64,000 bases of DNA from an uncultured Desulfospira sp. (GCA_963663165.1 OY760175.1:4768001-4832000); one strand, 5' to 3'. Shown: positions 1 to 10,951, counted from the stretch's first letter. Notes: a model not told the origin generated them from the sequence alone. Program-made: numbers and translations.

Positions 1-2
1 AA

Positions 3-473
3 ACCGCCTCCATCAAGCAGGGCGTGGAGTATGCCTATCTTGAGCGGGATGACTCCGGCGGATCATCTGTGGAGTATAAGGATATTGACCTTCTGTTGGA
101 GGTCACCCCCCATGTGACGCCCGATGACCGGATTTCAATGAAGGTGACCCTGACCAAAAATGATGTGGCGGGCGTAGAGACCACCAGCGGGGCTCCCATC
201 CTTTCCACCAATGAGGCCACCACCGAACTTCTGGTAAACAATAAGGATACCCTGGTTATCGGCGGGATTGTCAAAACAACGGAAAATAAGGAAGATCAGG
301 GCCTGCCCTTCCTGACCGGCATCCCGGTTATAGGGACCCTTTTCGGAACTCAGACCAAAGAGAGCGACAGAAATGAACTGTTGATTTTCATGACCCCGAC
401 CATTGTCCAGCTCGAACAAAGGGAAAACCGGAAGATCAGAAGAGAAGCGGCCATCGATCCTTCGAGCCGTTAA
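3..473 (+). CDS. pilQ: Type IV pilus secretin PilQ, C-terminal part (5' truncated by window)
   Basis: Frame is open to the window start (TASIKQGVEY...). Secretin motifs LLLEVTPHVT, TLVIGGI, GLPFLTGIPVIGTLFG and ELLIFMTPTIV. Confidence 0.85.
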   Translation, partial: TASIKQGVEYAYLERDDSGGSSVEYKDIDLLLEVTPHVTPDDRISMKVTLTKNDVAGVETTSGAPILSTNEATTELLVNNKDTLVIGGIVKTTENKEDQGLPFLTGIPVIGTLFGTQTKESDRNELLIFMTPTIVQLEQRENRKIRREAAIDPSSR

Positions 474-483
474 ATTATGGTAC

Positions 484-545
484 CATGAAGCATATGAAGA
501 GCATTTAAAAAGGGCCTCTTCATGTGCTTCATGCCCTTCATGGAT
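484..545. repeat. Inverted short tandem repeats (catgaag / cttcatg) forming an intergenic hairpin between convergent genes
   Basis: catgaagcatatgaagagc...ctcttcatgtgcttcatgcccttcatg; a related copy lies at about 15543-15590. Confidence 0.6.
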
Positions 546-629
546 TTAAAAATCAGATCCATGGTATGCTCACCGGGATTCATTAAATAAACCCGGCTCA
601 ATTCGTGTCATAATTCTTTCAAGTTGAAT

Positions 630-1382
630 TTATTTCAGTTCAGATATGTTTTGTTCGGCTTTTCTGGAGAGGATGGAATTTTTGGGCGCATACCGGCGGA
701 CCATTTTCCAGGACTCGATGGCCCGGGCGTTGTCGTTGTTCATTTCATAGGCCTGGGCCATGTCTGCATGAAGAATAAAACTTTCAGGAGACCGTTTTAG
801 TACCACATTCAGATAGGACAGGGCGGTTTGGATCCGGCCGGCCTGAATATAGGTCTGGGAAAGACCATGGGAGGCCGTAATAAATCCCGGGAACAAATCA
901 AGGGCCTTTCCAAAGTACAATTCCGCCTTTTGAAAATCCTTTTTCCCCAGATATGCCCAGCCAATGTTGGACAAGGGATAGTGGGGGGTGGGATAGAGAA
1001 GGTCGTCCAGCAGGCCGGTAAAGGTGGCAATGGCCAGGTCCCATTTTTCCCGGCGAAGGTACACGGCCCCTAAATTGTTGGTGGCTTCGGCATAACCGGG
1101 CTTAAGGTTCAGGGCTTTTTGAAAGGCGGATTCGGCTAAATCATCCCGTTTCTTCCCCATGTAGGCAAGACCTAAGCTGTTGTATAACAACGGGTCATCG
1201 GAGAGGCCTTTTTGGGCCTCTAACAGCCGGGAAAGCGCGGCGGTGTACTGGCCCTGGCTTAAGAAAATATCCCCTTCGGTTTTTAATGCCTGGGCCACAT
1301 TGGCCTGGATTGACCGGTCAGTTGAACTGACGCAGGCAGATAAGATCAGTGTTGAAAGAAGCAGGGTTAAGATTCTGGTCAT
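630..1382 (-). CDS. TPR lipoprotein, PilF/PilW/Tgl-like pilotin
   Basis: Lipobox LSAC, multiple TPRs (YNSLGLAY, NNLGAVY, SNIGWAY), a PilF-like LYPTP segment, and adjacency to pilQ. Confidence 0.75.
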   Translation of the reverse strand: MTRILTLLLSTLILSACVSSTDRSIQANVAQALKTEGDIFLSQGQYTAALSRLLEAQKGLSDDPLLYNSLGLAYMGKKRDDLAESAFQKALNLKPGYAEATNNLGAVYLRREKWDLAIATFTGLLDDLLYPTPHYPLSNIGWAYLGKKDFQKAELYFGKALDLFPGFITASHGLSQTYIQAGRIQTALSYLNVVLKRSPESFILHADMAQAYEMNNDNARAIESWKMVRRYAPKNSILSRKAEQNISELK

Positions 1383-2881
1383 GGAAGGCTCCCGGGGCTG
1401 GCATTGACCTGGATCAGGGTGACGGCTTCCTGGGATAGGAAGTCTGTTGCCCGGGGATCAAGGGGTTTCCAGGATACGAAAATTTTTTTGGTTTGGCCCA
1501 TGGCATAGATACCGGGAATGGTTTTGACCACGCCTTTAAAGGTAAACGGCGGGTTTTCCCAGGTGGTGTATCCGAGCCTGGAAAACAGAAGCCGGCAGAT
1601 TTCAGTTTCGCTCATTTGCGGCGAAATCAGCAGGACGTCAAATCCTTTTTCGGCCAAAGCATTCAGGGCAAGTCCGAAAAGTTTGCCGGAGTTGATCAGA
1701 AGATCCGGCTTGTCCGGTAAATCCACCCGGCCAAGTTCGGCCGACATCTCAAGGCTGCCGACCATAAAATCAATTTTTTCATTGGGGGTAAAATCAAGGC
1801 CCAGGCCTTTGAAAAAGGCAGTTAAAAAATGATCAACCTGAATCGGCCCCTTGGCCTTTTTTTCAGCTTCTATGTGATGGGATTCATGAATGGCCCGGTC
1901 AATCTCCATTGTCCTGAGATGATGCCAATAGGCCTTTATATTTTTCAGGACAAGGGGGTCAATGGGGGTTCCGCCGGGGAAAATTAAAATTTTATCCTCC
2001 GCCCCCCTTTCAATTACAGGCGTATGGGCCAGGTCAAGGGTAGCGTCTGGAAGGGCCTCTTTGCCCGGAAAGGTCATGGTCCCCTGGTTGATAAGGGTTC
2101 CATGAATCAGGTCGGCATACCGTTTCAGCTGCTGGAGCCGATAAGCCTGGATTGCCGGGGAAATGGCCGTTTCTTTGGGTTTGGACGATTTTCCCGGGCC
2201 GCCGGGGGGAAACAGTGCTTTTTGCCCTAACGGGGAATCCTGAGCAAATTCGAATGAGACGGGCGGTTTGGGGATTTTGATTCTGGCCCCGGCATGGATC
2301 AGGTGGATGTCTTTAATCCTCGGGTTGAGTTGTAAAAAAAGTTTTTCCCCCTCTTCACTGAGTTTTCCCCCTTTTTCCAGAAAACGCTTGTCCATAAGCT
2401 CAGACAGGGTATCCCCTGGTTCCATGGTATGTTCGGTAAATTCAATGACCGGTTCGTCTGGCGCTTCCGGGGTGGTGGAAAACTCCACCACCGGGACTTC
2501 AACAGCGCCGGTGGCATCTTGTTTATAATCGCTTCTGGTTACTTTTTTTAAGGGGATAAGAATATTCGATTTAGGGGAGATGGCGTCAATGTTGTCAATG
2601 TCGGGGTTCATGGCCTTGAAAATTTTTAGGAAAAAGGGAAAATCCTTTTCTGATATCTCCCCTTTTTGCCTGAAAATTTTATAAAGCCAGTCATCGGGCT
2701 TGACCTCATAAGGTTCGCAAAGATAATCCGTTCCCTCAAAGGTAAAAATAGAAAATTTTTTATAAGATGTTTTAACGGTTTTCCCGTATATAAACCCGGC
2801 CTGGCCGGCAAGCAGGAAAAGACCTGCTAAAACCAACCGCAGGGTTAGGCCGTGTTTAGCTTTCAGGAAAGATGCAATCAT
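1379..2881 (-). CDS. Exported protein with two LysM-like peptidoglycan-binding domains
   Basis: N-terminal hydrophobic segment; YEVKPDDWLYKI...NPDIDNIDAI...ILIP and HTMEPGDTLSEL...LNPRIKDIHLIHAGARIKIP. Confidence 0.65.
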   Translation of the reverse strand: MIASFLKAKHGLTLRLVLAGLFLLAGQAGFIYGKTVKTSYKKFSIFTFEGTDYLCEPYEVKPDDWLYKIFRQKGEISEKDFPFFLKIFKAMNPDIDNIDAISPKSNILIPLKKVTRSDYKQDATGAVEVPVVEFSTTPEAPDEPVIEFTEHTMEPGDTLSELMDKRFLEKGGKLSEEGEKLFLQLNPRIKDIHLIHAGARIKIPKPPVSFEFAQDSPLGQKALFPPGGPGKSSKPKETAISPAIQAYRLQQLKRYADLIHGTLINQGTMTFPGKEALPDATLDLAHTPVIERGAEDKILIFPGGTPIDPLVLKNIKAYWHHLRTMEIDRAIHESHHIEAEKKAKGPIQVDHFLTAFFKGLGLDFTPNEKIDFMVGSLEMSAELGRVDLPDKPDLLINSGKLFGLALNALAEKGFDVLLISPQMSETEICRLLFSRLGYTTWENPPFTFKGVVKTIPGIYAMGQTKKIFVSWKPLDPRATDFLSQEAVTLIQVNASPGSLP

Positions 2882-2884
2882 CGT

Positions 2885-4387
2885 TTAAGATGGATCAAGT
2901 TTAAGTTTATCGGCAATTTTTCCGGCAATATCCTTTACAAAAATTTCAAACTCGTCCGGGTTCAGCCGTTTCTCCTGGGACGGAACCATATCAGGGTCAT
3001 CGGGCAGAACCAGCTCGGGCAGGTTAATGTAATCCGGGTTGGATACAATGTGATAGGGTCCGGGAATCTGCCGGTTGAAATACTGGTCCTGGAATCCGGA
3101 AAATTTCATGGCATGGGCCGTGGCATCCAGGATGGCGGTTTCGTCTTTGGCAAGAATGCCCTGTTTCACGGCATTGACCATGCCGGCCAGGCATTCGCCG
3201 CCCTGGGTGCAGGTGATATGGCCGTTCTGGTTGGCGGTGAGCTGCCAGTCCATGATGGACTGTTCGGTCACCTGGACAAAAAAGACATTCTGCCTGCCTG
3301 AGGCCTGGTTGTACTTTCGGGTAATCTCAATGACCCTCGGCATGGACACGGGGTTGCCGATCATGGCGGCCTGGGCCACACTGGGCTGGGTATCCACGGG
3401 CTTGAACTGCCGTTTGGCCTCATCCGGTTCCAGGTAATACCGGTAAACCGGATCGGCATGCTCGGACTGGACCCCGATGATTTTGGGCAGCCGGTCGATG
3501 ATGCCCGTATCAAAGAACTTAAGAAACCCGTTCATGACAGCCGAAATGTTGCCGGCATTGCCAATGGGCACCACCACGGCTTTATGGGCCATATCCCAGT
3601 CAAAGTCCTGGGCGATTTCATAGGAGTAAGATTCCTGGCCCAGAATCCGCCAGGCGTTCTTTGAATTTAGCAGAACTACCGGATATTTGTTGGACAGGTA
3701 TTCCACGATTTTCATACAGTCGTCAAAAACCCCGGGGATTTCCAGTACACTGGCCCCGCTTCCCAGGGGTTGGGAAAGCTGCTGGGAGGTCACCTTTTTA
3801 TGGGGCAGCAGAACCGCCGATTTGACCAGACCGCCCAGATAAGACGAATACAGGGCTGCCGCCGCAGAGGTATCCCCAGTGGAGGCGCAAATGGCAATGA
3901 CATCGGAAGCAAGCTTCTGGTCAATCAGGTATTTAATGCTGGACAGGGCGCTGGCCATGCCCCGGTCCTTAAAAGAGGCGCTGGGGTTCTGGCCGTCGTT
4001 TTTATAGTAAAACCGCATCCCCGCCTTTTTCTGCAGCAGGGGGCTGGCCTCAATCACCGGGGTATGCCCTTCCCCCAGATAGATAATGGATTCCAGGGGG
4101 ATCACGGAACCGATAAATTCGTGATACCGGTAAATTCCCTTGAGGGCTGGAATTTTCAGCATTTTCCGGTAGTCTAAGATCCGCTGCCAGGTTTGGCCGT
4201 CAATCTCTTTTAACCGGTCGGCATTCCGGTCGTGGATCAGCAGCACCTGTCCGCATTCCGGACAGACATACAAGAGGCTGGTGACGGGAAACCGGGCCTG
4301 ACAGCCCAGGCACTGATAGTACAGATCCCCTTTGGGCTCGGGAATGATATGGGGCCTGATATCCTCAGGAAAGAGATTAAGATTCAT
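2885..4387 (-). CDS. thrC: Threonine synthase
   Basis: LGEGHTP, PLP lysine in [27 protein letters not shown]-terminal CxxC...CxxC. Confidence 0.93.
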   Translation of the reverse strand: MNLNLFPEDIRPHIIPEPKGDLYYQCLGCQARFPVTSLLYVCPECGQVLLIHDRNADRLKEIDGQTWQRILDYRKMLKIPALKGIYRYHEFIGSVIPLESIIYLGEGHTPVIEASPLLQKKAGMRFYYKNDGQNPSASFKDRGMASALSSIKYLIDQKLASDVIAICASTGDTSAAAALYSSYLGGLVKSAVLLPHKKVTSQQLSQPLGSGASVLEIPGVFDDCMKIVEYLSNKYPVVLLNSKNAWRILGQESYSYEIAQDFDWDMAHKAVVVPIGNAGNISAVMNGFLKFFDTGIIDRLPKIIGVQSEHADPVYRYYLEPDEAKRQFKPVDTQPSVAQAAMIGNPVSMPRVIEITRKYNQASGRQNVFFVQVTEQSIMDWQLTANQNGHITCTQGGECLAGMVNAVKQGILAKDETAILDATAHAMKFSGFQDQYFNRQIPGPYHIVSNPDYINLPELVLPDDPDMVPSQEKRLNPDEFEIFVKDIAGKIADKLKLDPS

Positions 4388-5669
4388 TTTTGATTACCGT
4401 CTGGCCTCCCATATACGGCACCAGGGCTTCGGGGATTTTCACTGACCCGTCTGCCTGCTGATAGTTTTCAAGAATGGCGGCAAAGGTTCTTCCCACGGCC
4501 AGGCCCGACCCGTTCAGGGTATGGCAGAATTCCGTTTTTTTGGCATTCTTGCGCTTGAACCGGATATCGGCCCGCCGGGCCTGGAAATCCAGGCAGTTGC
4601 TGCAAGAGGAAATTTCCCTGTACTTGCCTTTTCCGTCATCCTGGCCCGGCATCCAGACCTCGATATCATAGGTTTTGGTGGCGGAAAATCCCAAATCCCC
4701 GGTGCAAAGGGTGACCACCTGGTAGGGCAGTTCCAGACGCTGGAGAATGGTTTCGGCATTGGCCAGAAGGGATTCAAGCTCATCAAAGGAGGTTTCCGGC
4801 AGGGTGACCTTGACCATTTCCACCTTGTTAAATTGATGCTGCCGGATCAGGCCTCTGGTATCCCGGCCGTGGGAGCCGGCTTCAGACCGGAAGCAGGGGG
4901 TATAGGCGGTGTATTTTACGGGCAGCTGGTCTTCGGAAAGGATTTCCCCGGCATAAATATTGGTAATTGGCACCTCTGAGGTGGGAATCAGGAAGTAATC
5001 CCATCCTTGAAGTTTGAACAGGTCCTCTTCGAATTTGGGCAGCTGTCCCGTGCCGGTCATGGTGGCCCGGTTCACGATAAACGGGGGCAGGGCCTCGGTG
5101 TAACCGTGCTCGGTGGTATGGATGTCCAGCATGAAATTGATCAAGGCCCGTTCAAGCCGGGCACCGGCCCCCATATACAACGGAAACCTGGCCCCGGCCA
5201 GCTTGGCGGCCCGGCCCAAGTCCAGAATCCCCAAACGTTCCCCCAAATCCCAGTGGGCCTTAGCGTCAAAGTCGAAACTTTCGGGGGTGCCATAGGTCTT
5301 TTCCAGCCGGTTTTCCGTATCGTCCTTGCCTTGGGGGACATCGTCGTGGGGCAGGTTGGGCAGGGTGATCAAAAAGCTGTTAACCGCCTCATCCAGATCA
5401 GAAAGCGCCTTGTCCAGTTCTTTGATCCGTTCTGAAACCGTGCGCATTTTTTCAATGCTGGGCTGGGCATCCTGACCGGATTTTTTCATCTCAGCGATTT
5501 CAGTGGAGGCGGTGTTCCGTTCATAACGTAATTGCTCAATTTCAATCAACAGGGCTTTGCGTTTTTCCTCGGTTTCAAGAAAAGAGGAGAAGTCAATGTC
5601 TGCCCCTCTTTTTTTCATTCCGCTTTCAACGATATCTAAATGGTTTTTTATAAGTTTTATATCCAGCAT
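4377..5669 (-). CDS. serS: Seryl-tRNA synthetase (start taken at MLDIK)
   Basis: MLDIKLI start, [43 protein letters not shown]. Confidence 0.97.
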   Translation of the reverse strand: MLDIKLIKNHLDIVESGMKKRGADIDFSSFLETEEKRKALLIEIEQLRYERNTASTEIAEMKKSGQDAQPSIEKMRTVSERIKELDKALSDLDEAVNSFLITLPNLPHDDVPQGKDDTENRLEKTYGTPESFDFDAKAHWDLGERLGILDLGRAAKLAGARFPLYMGAGARLERALINFMLDIHTTEHGYTEALPPFIVNRATMTGTGQLPKFEEDLFKLQGWDYFLIPTSEVPITNIYAGEILSEDQLPVKYTAYTPCFRSEAGSHGRDTRGLIRQHQFNKVEMVKVTLPETSFDELESLLANAETILQRLELPYQVVTLCTGDLGFSATKTYDIEVWMPGQDDGKGKYREISSCSNCLDFQARRADIRFKRKNAKKTEFCHTLNGSGLAVGRTFAAILENYQQADGSVKIPEALVPYMGGQTVIKNES

Positions 5670-5826
5670 TTTAATCCTTGGGGGTATGGGGTTGCAGGTT
5701 GCCAATTCATTGTCTGGTAAGATTCTTCACAACTTTATTCTGATACCATGGGGGGCTGTAGACAGTCAATAATTAGTTATTTGAGGACAATGGCGGGGCC
5801 GATGGGGCTGCCATGCAAAATTGAAT

Positions 5827-5918
5827 GGAGACCGAAAACCGGAGACCGGAGACCGGAATGCGCAACCCATAGGAAATCGCAACATCCGGTCTCCGGTCTC
5901 CCTTTTTCTGGTCTCCGT
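5827..5918. repeat. Inverted heptamer tandem repeat (ggagacc)n...(ggtctcc)n
   Basis: Read directly. Related copies at 6678-6768 and 36816-37077. Confidence 0.75.
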
Positions 5919-5941
5919 TTCTTAAATGGCCCGCCAGGGCC

Positions 5942-6532
5942 TTATATCTTATAAATCACCCGGGTGTCTGTGATGATAATATCCACGGTGTACTTTCTGG
6001 ATTCCATTTGAATCTGATCCACCATCTGCTCTTCGTAGGCCAAGGAGACTTTCCTGCAGGTTTCAGGCAGTTTGGTGATCAGTTTGGCATAATAGTTATT
6101 GCCGAATCCGACCCGGCCCCCTTTATCATCAAAGGCAAGCCCGGGAATAATGGCGATATCGACTTCGTCCAGCAGGATCTTTTTGCACCGGCCGGGATCA
6201 GGCTCAAGGACACCGTCCTGGTTTTCAACCAGATCTTTCTGAAAATCGGTTATTTTATATAGAAGAAACGAATTTTTTGCATCGGTGAATACCGGCAGGA
6301 CCACACCTTTTTCAATGTAAAGGGTTTTTTTGATGATTTGGGACGTTTCGATGATTTTATAGGTTAAGGGGGTATACAGCAACACCAGCTGGGATTCCAG
6401 AAAGTTGGCAAATTCAAAAAGCCGCTGCTCGATGATTTCGTATTTTTTTTGCATTTCTTCGTCGGACAACAGTCCAAATTTCTCATCAACCTGAGACAGC
6501 ACACCGTTTTTCATGTTTTTTATTTCTTCCAT
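5942..6532 (-). CDS. 5-formyltetrahydrofolate cyclo-ligase family protein
   Basis: GVLEP, IIPGLAFDDKGGRVGFGNNYY, VDIIITD. Confidence 0.88.
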   Translation of the reverse strand: MEEIKNMKNGVLSQVDEKFGLLSDEEMQKKYEIIEQRLFEFANFLESQLVLLYTPLTYKIIETSQIIKKTLYIEKGVVLPVFTDAKNSFLLYKITDFQKDLVENQDGVLEPDPGRCKKILLDEVDIAIIPGLAFDDKGGRVGFGNNYYAKLITKLPETCRKVSLAYEEQMVDQIQMESRKYTVDIIITDTRVIYKI

Positions 6533-6566
6533 ATATTATTTCCTTAAGGTTAAAATTTTAAATCAT

Positions 6567-6594
6567 ATATTATACATGGGGGCCTTCTTGTCAA
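6567..6594 (-). promoter_or_regulatory. Probable sigma-70 promoter of the cyclo-ligase gene
   Basis: TTGACA (6594-6589), 16 nt spacer, TAATAT (6572-6567), about 35 nt upstream of the ATG. Confidence 0.5.
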
Positions 6595-6677
6595 CCTGGA
6601 ACAGGAGTTTTACCAATGTGATGGCATGTAACTTGCCTGCTGAGGATTCAATTTTGATGATAAGGAAAATAAAAAAA

Positions 6678-6768
6678 GGAAACCGGAGAAAAGGAGACGG
6701 GAGACCGGATCGCTCACCCTTATGGGTTTCGCACCCGGTCTGCGGTCTCCCCTCTTCCGGTTTCCGTT
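6678..6768. repeat. Inverted heptamer repeat hairpin (ggagacc family)
   Basis: ggaaaccggagaaaaggagacgggagaccgg...ccggtctgcggtctcccctcttccggtttcc. Confidence 0.7.
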
Positions 6769-6890
6769 CATTTTATTGAAGATGATCCTTTTTCCCCCCA
6801 AATGTCGAATTGCCGGACATTGCAGGGCAATCGCATGTAAAAAAACAATCCATCCCGGAATGAGAAATTAAGGATAATCTCCAATTGATT

Positions 6891-6962
6891 TCAGGGGTTT
6901 AGGCTGAAGGCTGAAGGGGTTTAGGGTTGCGCATCCCTTCAGCCTAACAACCTTCAGTCTAA
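6891..6962. repeat. Inverted short tandem repeats (aggctgaa / ttcagcct)
   Basis: ttaggctgaaggctgaagggg...cccttcagcctaacaaccttcagtctaa; partial copies near 11110-11141 and 56356-56378. Confidence 0.6.
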
Positions 6963-7256
6963 TTACCTTTTCTACATTATTATCCTTATCATCGAAATTG
7001 AAATCACCGGCAGGCAAGTTACGTGCGATCACCCTGCCGGACATTGCCGGCCGACTTGACAAAAAGTGGTGTTCTGTCCTAATATTCAATTTATACAGCA
7101 GCGGTTCACCTCAAATAAAAAATATTCTGCCCTATCGGTTGTATTTGCATCGAAAATCGTATCCTAATTGGCACCAATCTATTAATTTCGCGCAATCCTT
7201 GATTTCTTGAACCGGCATAAGTGTTTAATCTCGATTATAAAAAGAGGAAAGATGTT

Positions 7257-9926
7257 ATGTTGGCTTTTTTTAGAGGACTGTCCATCCGGTCCCGGCTATT
7301 GTTAAGTTATACCCTGACATTTACCTGTATTCTGGTCGTAAGCTTTACGGTCATTTATTCCATGGTCAAATCCACCCTGGAGGCGAACATTGAAAGTGAA
7401 TTGGGAAATTTTACCCATATCATTCATGGCATGGTAGAGGCCGCCATTGATGCGTCCATTAAAAATCATTTGCGGTCAAGGGCTGAAGGCAACCTGGAAA
7501 TCATCACCCGTATTTATCATCAGTCACAGGCCGGCGAAATTTCTGAACAAAAGGCAAGAGAACTCGCAACGGACATTCTTCTCAGCCAGACCGTTGGAAA
7601 AAGCGGTTATGTCTATTGCATTGACTCCAAAGGAATTACCCGGGTGCATCCCCTTAAAGAAATGATCGGAAAGGATGTTTCCAATTACGACTTTATCCAG
7701 AAAACAATCCGGAAAAAACAAGGATATATCGAATATAACTGGGCCAACCCCGGTGAAACCAATGAACGGGCCAAGGCGACCTATCTCTGCTATTTTGCAC
7801 CATGGGACTGGATTATCGGTGTGTCATCCTACCGGCATGAATTTAACCGGCTGGTCAGTGTGGATGATTTCAAAGATAATATTCTGTCTTTGACCTTTGG
7901 CAAAACAGGCTACCCCTATATAATGGACAGCAAGGGGCTTCTGATCATCCACCCCAAGCTTGAGGGAACCAATATATACAATTCTACGGATGAAAACGGC
8001 CGCATGTTCATCAAAGAGATCTGCGAAGAAAAAAACGGCAAAATCATCTATCCGTGGAAGAATCCAGGGGATCCCACCTCCAGAAACAAGCTGGTGATTT
8101 TTAACTATATCCCTGAGTTGGACTGGATTGTGGCATCCTCAAGCTATTTGGAAGAGTTTTACAGCCCGCTAAAGCGCATTGGCATGTTCACGCTGATCGC
8201 CGCAGCGGTCATGTTTCCGGTTGTCATCATCGTTACCTGGCTGATCAGTTCCATGCTGGCAAGGCCCCTTCAGGAGATGATCAGCGTCTTTGGAAGTGGC
8301 GGACAACTGGAATATTCCCAGCGGATGGAAGTCCGGTGGGGCGGTGAAATGGATAGGGTGGCCGAGAATTACAACCGGTTTATCGATAAACTTCAGAGAA
8401 CCCGGCGAAGGCTTTTGGAGTCGGAAGAAAAATTCAGGGGCATTTTTGAAAATTCCATTGAGGGCATCTGCCAGATTGCAAAAGATGGGAAACTGGTCAC
8501 CATCAACCCGGCCATGGCCAGAATCTTTGGGTACGAGTCCACACAGGTAATGTTAAAAGAGATCACCAATCTGGCTGAGCAGCAGTTCAAAGATGCCACT
8601 GAAAGGAAAGAAATGCTTAAGCTACTGTATTCAAACGGTTATGTCACTGAGTATGAGGCGGAATTTTTTAAAAGGGATAAAACCGCCTTCTGGTGTTCCT
8701 TAAGCGCTAGAGCATACAAAGACGATAACAACGAGATCCAGTATTTTGATGCATTTTTCACGGATATAACCAAGCGTAAAGAATCAGAAGAAGATTTGAA
8801 AAAATCCCATATTGAGCTTGAACACCGGGTGATGGAAAGAACCAGCGAGTTGTCCAGCTGGGTCAGTGAACTGGAACGGGTCAACAGCGAGAACGCATTG
8901 TTCAGGACCATGAGTGAAATGATCCAGGTCTGCTCAACCAGCCCGGAAATATACCGGATTGCCCACCAGTACATTCAAAAATTTTTTGAAGGGACATCCG
9001 GCCGGCTGCTTGAGTATGATAAAGCGAGCAACACCTTGTTCCCGGTGGTCACATGGGGCAGTCCCAAAGGTGATGACAACGGTTTTTCACCCGATGAGTG
9101 CTGGGCCCTTCGCCAGGGCAAGCCCTATTATGTCGATAAAGATGAAAATGCCCTTTACTGTCCTCATTTTCAGGGCACTGTATCGTCTGATTCCCTGTGT
9201 GTGCCCATGACGGTCCGGGGGGAGATCCTTGGGCTGCTTTATGCGGTAAACGATAAAAAATCCGAAGAACCTGAAGTGGCCGGTGCCTCCGGGAATGGAA
9301 AAATCCACGAATTGCCCAGGAAAAAAGAGATTGGAACCACCATTGCCGAACATATTGCCATGGCCCTGGTCAATATCAGGCTTCAGGAATCCCTTAAGCA
9401 AAAGTCCATCGTTGATCCGCTGACCGGCCTGCATAACCGGCGTTTTATGGATGAAACCCTTAAGCTTGAGGCCTCCAGAATGGTGCGCAACAAACATAAA
9501 ATCGGCATTATCATGATGGATGTGGATCATTTTAAAAAATTCAACGACGACCATGGGCATGACTGCGGGGATGCGGTTTTAAAATCACTGGGCCAATTAT
9601 TAAAAAAGAATACCAGGGGTGAGGACATCTCGTGCCGGTACGGCGGCGAAGAGTTTATTGCCATCCTGATCAACACGACCTTGAGAGGGCTGCACAAAAA
9701 GGCAGAAGACCTGTGCAAAAAAGTAAGGGAGTCGCTGATTGTAAAACATAAGGGACAATCCTACCGGGTCACCATCTCCCTTGGCGCGGCCCTTTGTCCC
9801 ACCCATGCCGTAACCCTGGATGAAACTTTGAAAATGGCGGATGAGGCCCTTTATACGGCCAAAAATGAGGGCCGGAACCGGGCCTGCATGGCCCGGATTG
9901 ACCACGAAATCGAAGAGGACGAGTAG
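7257..9926 (+). CDS. Membrane diguanylate cyclase: Cache x2, HAMP, PAS, GAF, GGDEF
   Basis: Two TM helices; Cache motifs (VGKSGYVY, FGKTGYPY, WDWII); PAS (FRGIFENS...DITKRK); DPLTGLHNRR; RGED I-site then RYGGEEF. ATG at 7257 follows GAGGA. Confidence 0.9.
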   Translation: MLAFFRGLSIRSRLLLSYTLTFTCILVVSFTVIYSMVKSTLEANIESELGNFTHIIHGMVEAAIDASIKNHLRSRAEGNLEIITRIYHQSQAGEISEQKARELATDILLSQTVGKSGYVYCIDSKGITRVHPLKEMIGKDVSNYDFIQKTIRKKQGYIEYNWANPGETNERAKATYLCYFAPWDWIIGVSSYRHEFNRLVSVDDFKDNILSLTFGKTGYPYIMDSKGLLIIHPKLEGTNIYNSTDENGRMFIKEICEEKNGKIIYPWKNPGDPTSRNKLVIFNYIPELDWIVASSSYLEEFYSPLKRIGMFTLIAAAVMFPVVIIVTWLISSMLARPLQEMISVFGSGGQLEYSQRMEVRWGGEMDRVAENYNRFIDKLQRTRRRLLESEEKFRGIFENSIEGICQIAKDGKLVTINPAMARIFGYESTQVMLKEITNLAEQQFKDATERKEMLKLLYSNGYVTEYEAEFFKRDKTAFWCSLSARAYKDDNNEIQYFDAFFTDITKRKESEEDLKKSHIELEHRVMERTSELSSWVSELERVNSENALFRTMSEMIQVCSTSPEIYRIAHQYIQKFFEGTSGRLLEYDKASNTLFPVVTWGSPKGDDNGFSPDECWALRQGKPYYVDKDENALYCPHFQGTVSSDSLCVPMTVRGEILGLLYAVNDKKSEEPEVAGASGNGKIHELPRKKEIGTTIAEHIAMALVNIRLQESLKQKSIVDPLTGLHNRRFMDETLKLEASRMVRNKHKIGIIMMDVDHFKKFNDDHGHDCGDAVLKSLGQLLKKNTRGEDISCRYGGEEFIAILINTTLRGLHKKAEDLCKKVRESLIVKHKGQSYRVTISLGAALCPTHAVTLDETLKMADEALYTAKNEGRNRACMARIDHEIEEDE

Positions 9927-10112
9927 ATCACACCTGAAGATTGGCAATATTGAACGGATCACACAAACAATAACATGACCATAACTCCATGAAATTAAAA
10001 TCAAAAACGTCAAAAACGTCAAAACATGTATGGTTATGGATCGATTTTTTTTGTTGTGTGTCCTGCCCCGCACAACTCAGGTAATTGGCAGTTTGATGGT
10101 GAGGGTGTGAAG

Positions 10113-10637
10113 TTAATCCTCTAGATCAAACCGGCTTAAGTATGAATTCAGGGCGGCCCTGGATTTTTCTTCAAGGCGCGGACAGTCATCTACCCCTTTG
10201 GCCCCCTCGGCCAGTCTGAGGGCAAACACCATGCAGGTCGGCTGCCGGCACTCCCTGCAGTTGGTACAGGGCAGATGTTTTAAAATTTCCACTACCTGGG
10301 GGCGGTGGAGGCCTTTATAGCATGGGGTGATTGTCGCGCGATTTTCCCAGGCGTCATTTATTTCCCTTTTGATCAAATTTATGATCTTTTCAGCCTGTTC
10401 ACGGTTTTCCACCGCATTGACCGTGATCTGATCGGACCGTACCGAGATCAGGCGGCCATAAGTGCGAAACGTAGCGCTTGGCGGATCTTTGATATATTCA
10501 AGCGCCCCTAAAACGGCGTTTAAGTAGGGCAGGGCACAGCCCACATCCTGATCGAGACGGGCAATACCATTGACACTCATGGCACCGGGCATGCAGTGGT
10601 TATTCACAATTTCCAGGCAAAAGGTTTTCAGCAGCAT
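10113..10637 (-). CDS. Fe-S cluster-binding protein with a C-terminal LPxxNCxxCxxxxC...CP domain
   Basis: LPCTNCRECRQPTCMVFA...DDCP resembles the 4Fe-4S domain of AcsC/RnfB N-termini. Confidence 0.75.
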   Translation of the reverse strand: MLLKTFCLEIVNNHCMPGAMSVNGIARLDQDVGCALPYLNAVLGALEYIKDPPSATFRTYGRLISVRSDQITVNAVENREQAEKIINLIKREINDAWENRATITPCYKGLHRPQVVEILKHLPCTNCRECRQPTCMVFALRLAEGAKGVDDCPRLEEKSRAALNSYLSRFDLED

Positions 10638-10901
10638 TTTTAAATCTCCGAAAAAAAATTCCCATATCCCATTATGTTAATTCCAATCCGGCCCGTTTTC
10701 TACCCCGGGCCACATAATTTTCACCCAGGCAACTTGCTTTTTAGGTCGGGGGGCACGCATTTTTTCAGGGGAATTAAAACGGTATGATTTTTTCGAAATT
10801 TGTAGAATTTGCAAGATTTCCTTTGAAAAGATACGACCCGGGCGCCTGAGCCTGTATCCTTATAAATTTAGATATCAACAGTGTGAAAAATTTCGATAAT
10901 C

Positions 10902-10951
10902 TTGACAAATTGGGGAAACTGTGAATTTAATAGTGACCGAGCGCTCGGTCA
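10902..10951 (+). promoter_or_regulatory. Sigma-70 promoter with an 18-bp perfect palindrome (candidate TetR operator)
   Basis: TTGACA 10902-10907, TTTAAT 10926-10931, then TGACCGAGCGCTCGGTCA 10934-10951. Confidence 0.7.

Larger units (their letters stand above)
6618..7032. repeat. Pair of ~50-bp inverted repeats (6618-6666 and 6983-7032); the left copy contains a sigma-54 -24/-12 motif
   Basis: Reverse complement of 6618-6666 aligns to 6983-7032 with few mismatches; TGGCATGTAACTTGC at 6622-6636. Confidence 0.7.

Noticed and set aside
6533..6800. 6S RNA expected upstream of the 5-formyl-THF cyclo-ligase gene
   Set aside because: The gene has its own promoter-like sequence ~35 nt upstream, and the hairpin present is a heptamer repeat, not a 6S-like rod.
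9996..10028. Short tandem repeat tcaaaaacg (about 3 units)
   Set aside because: Too short and isolated to support a function.
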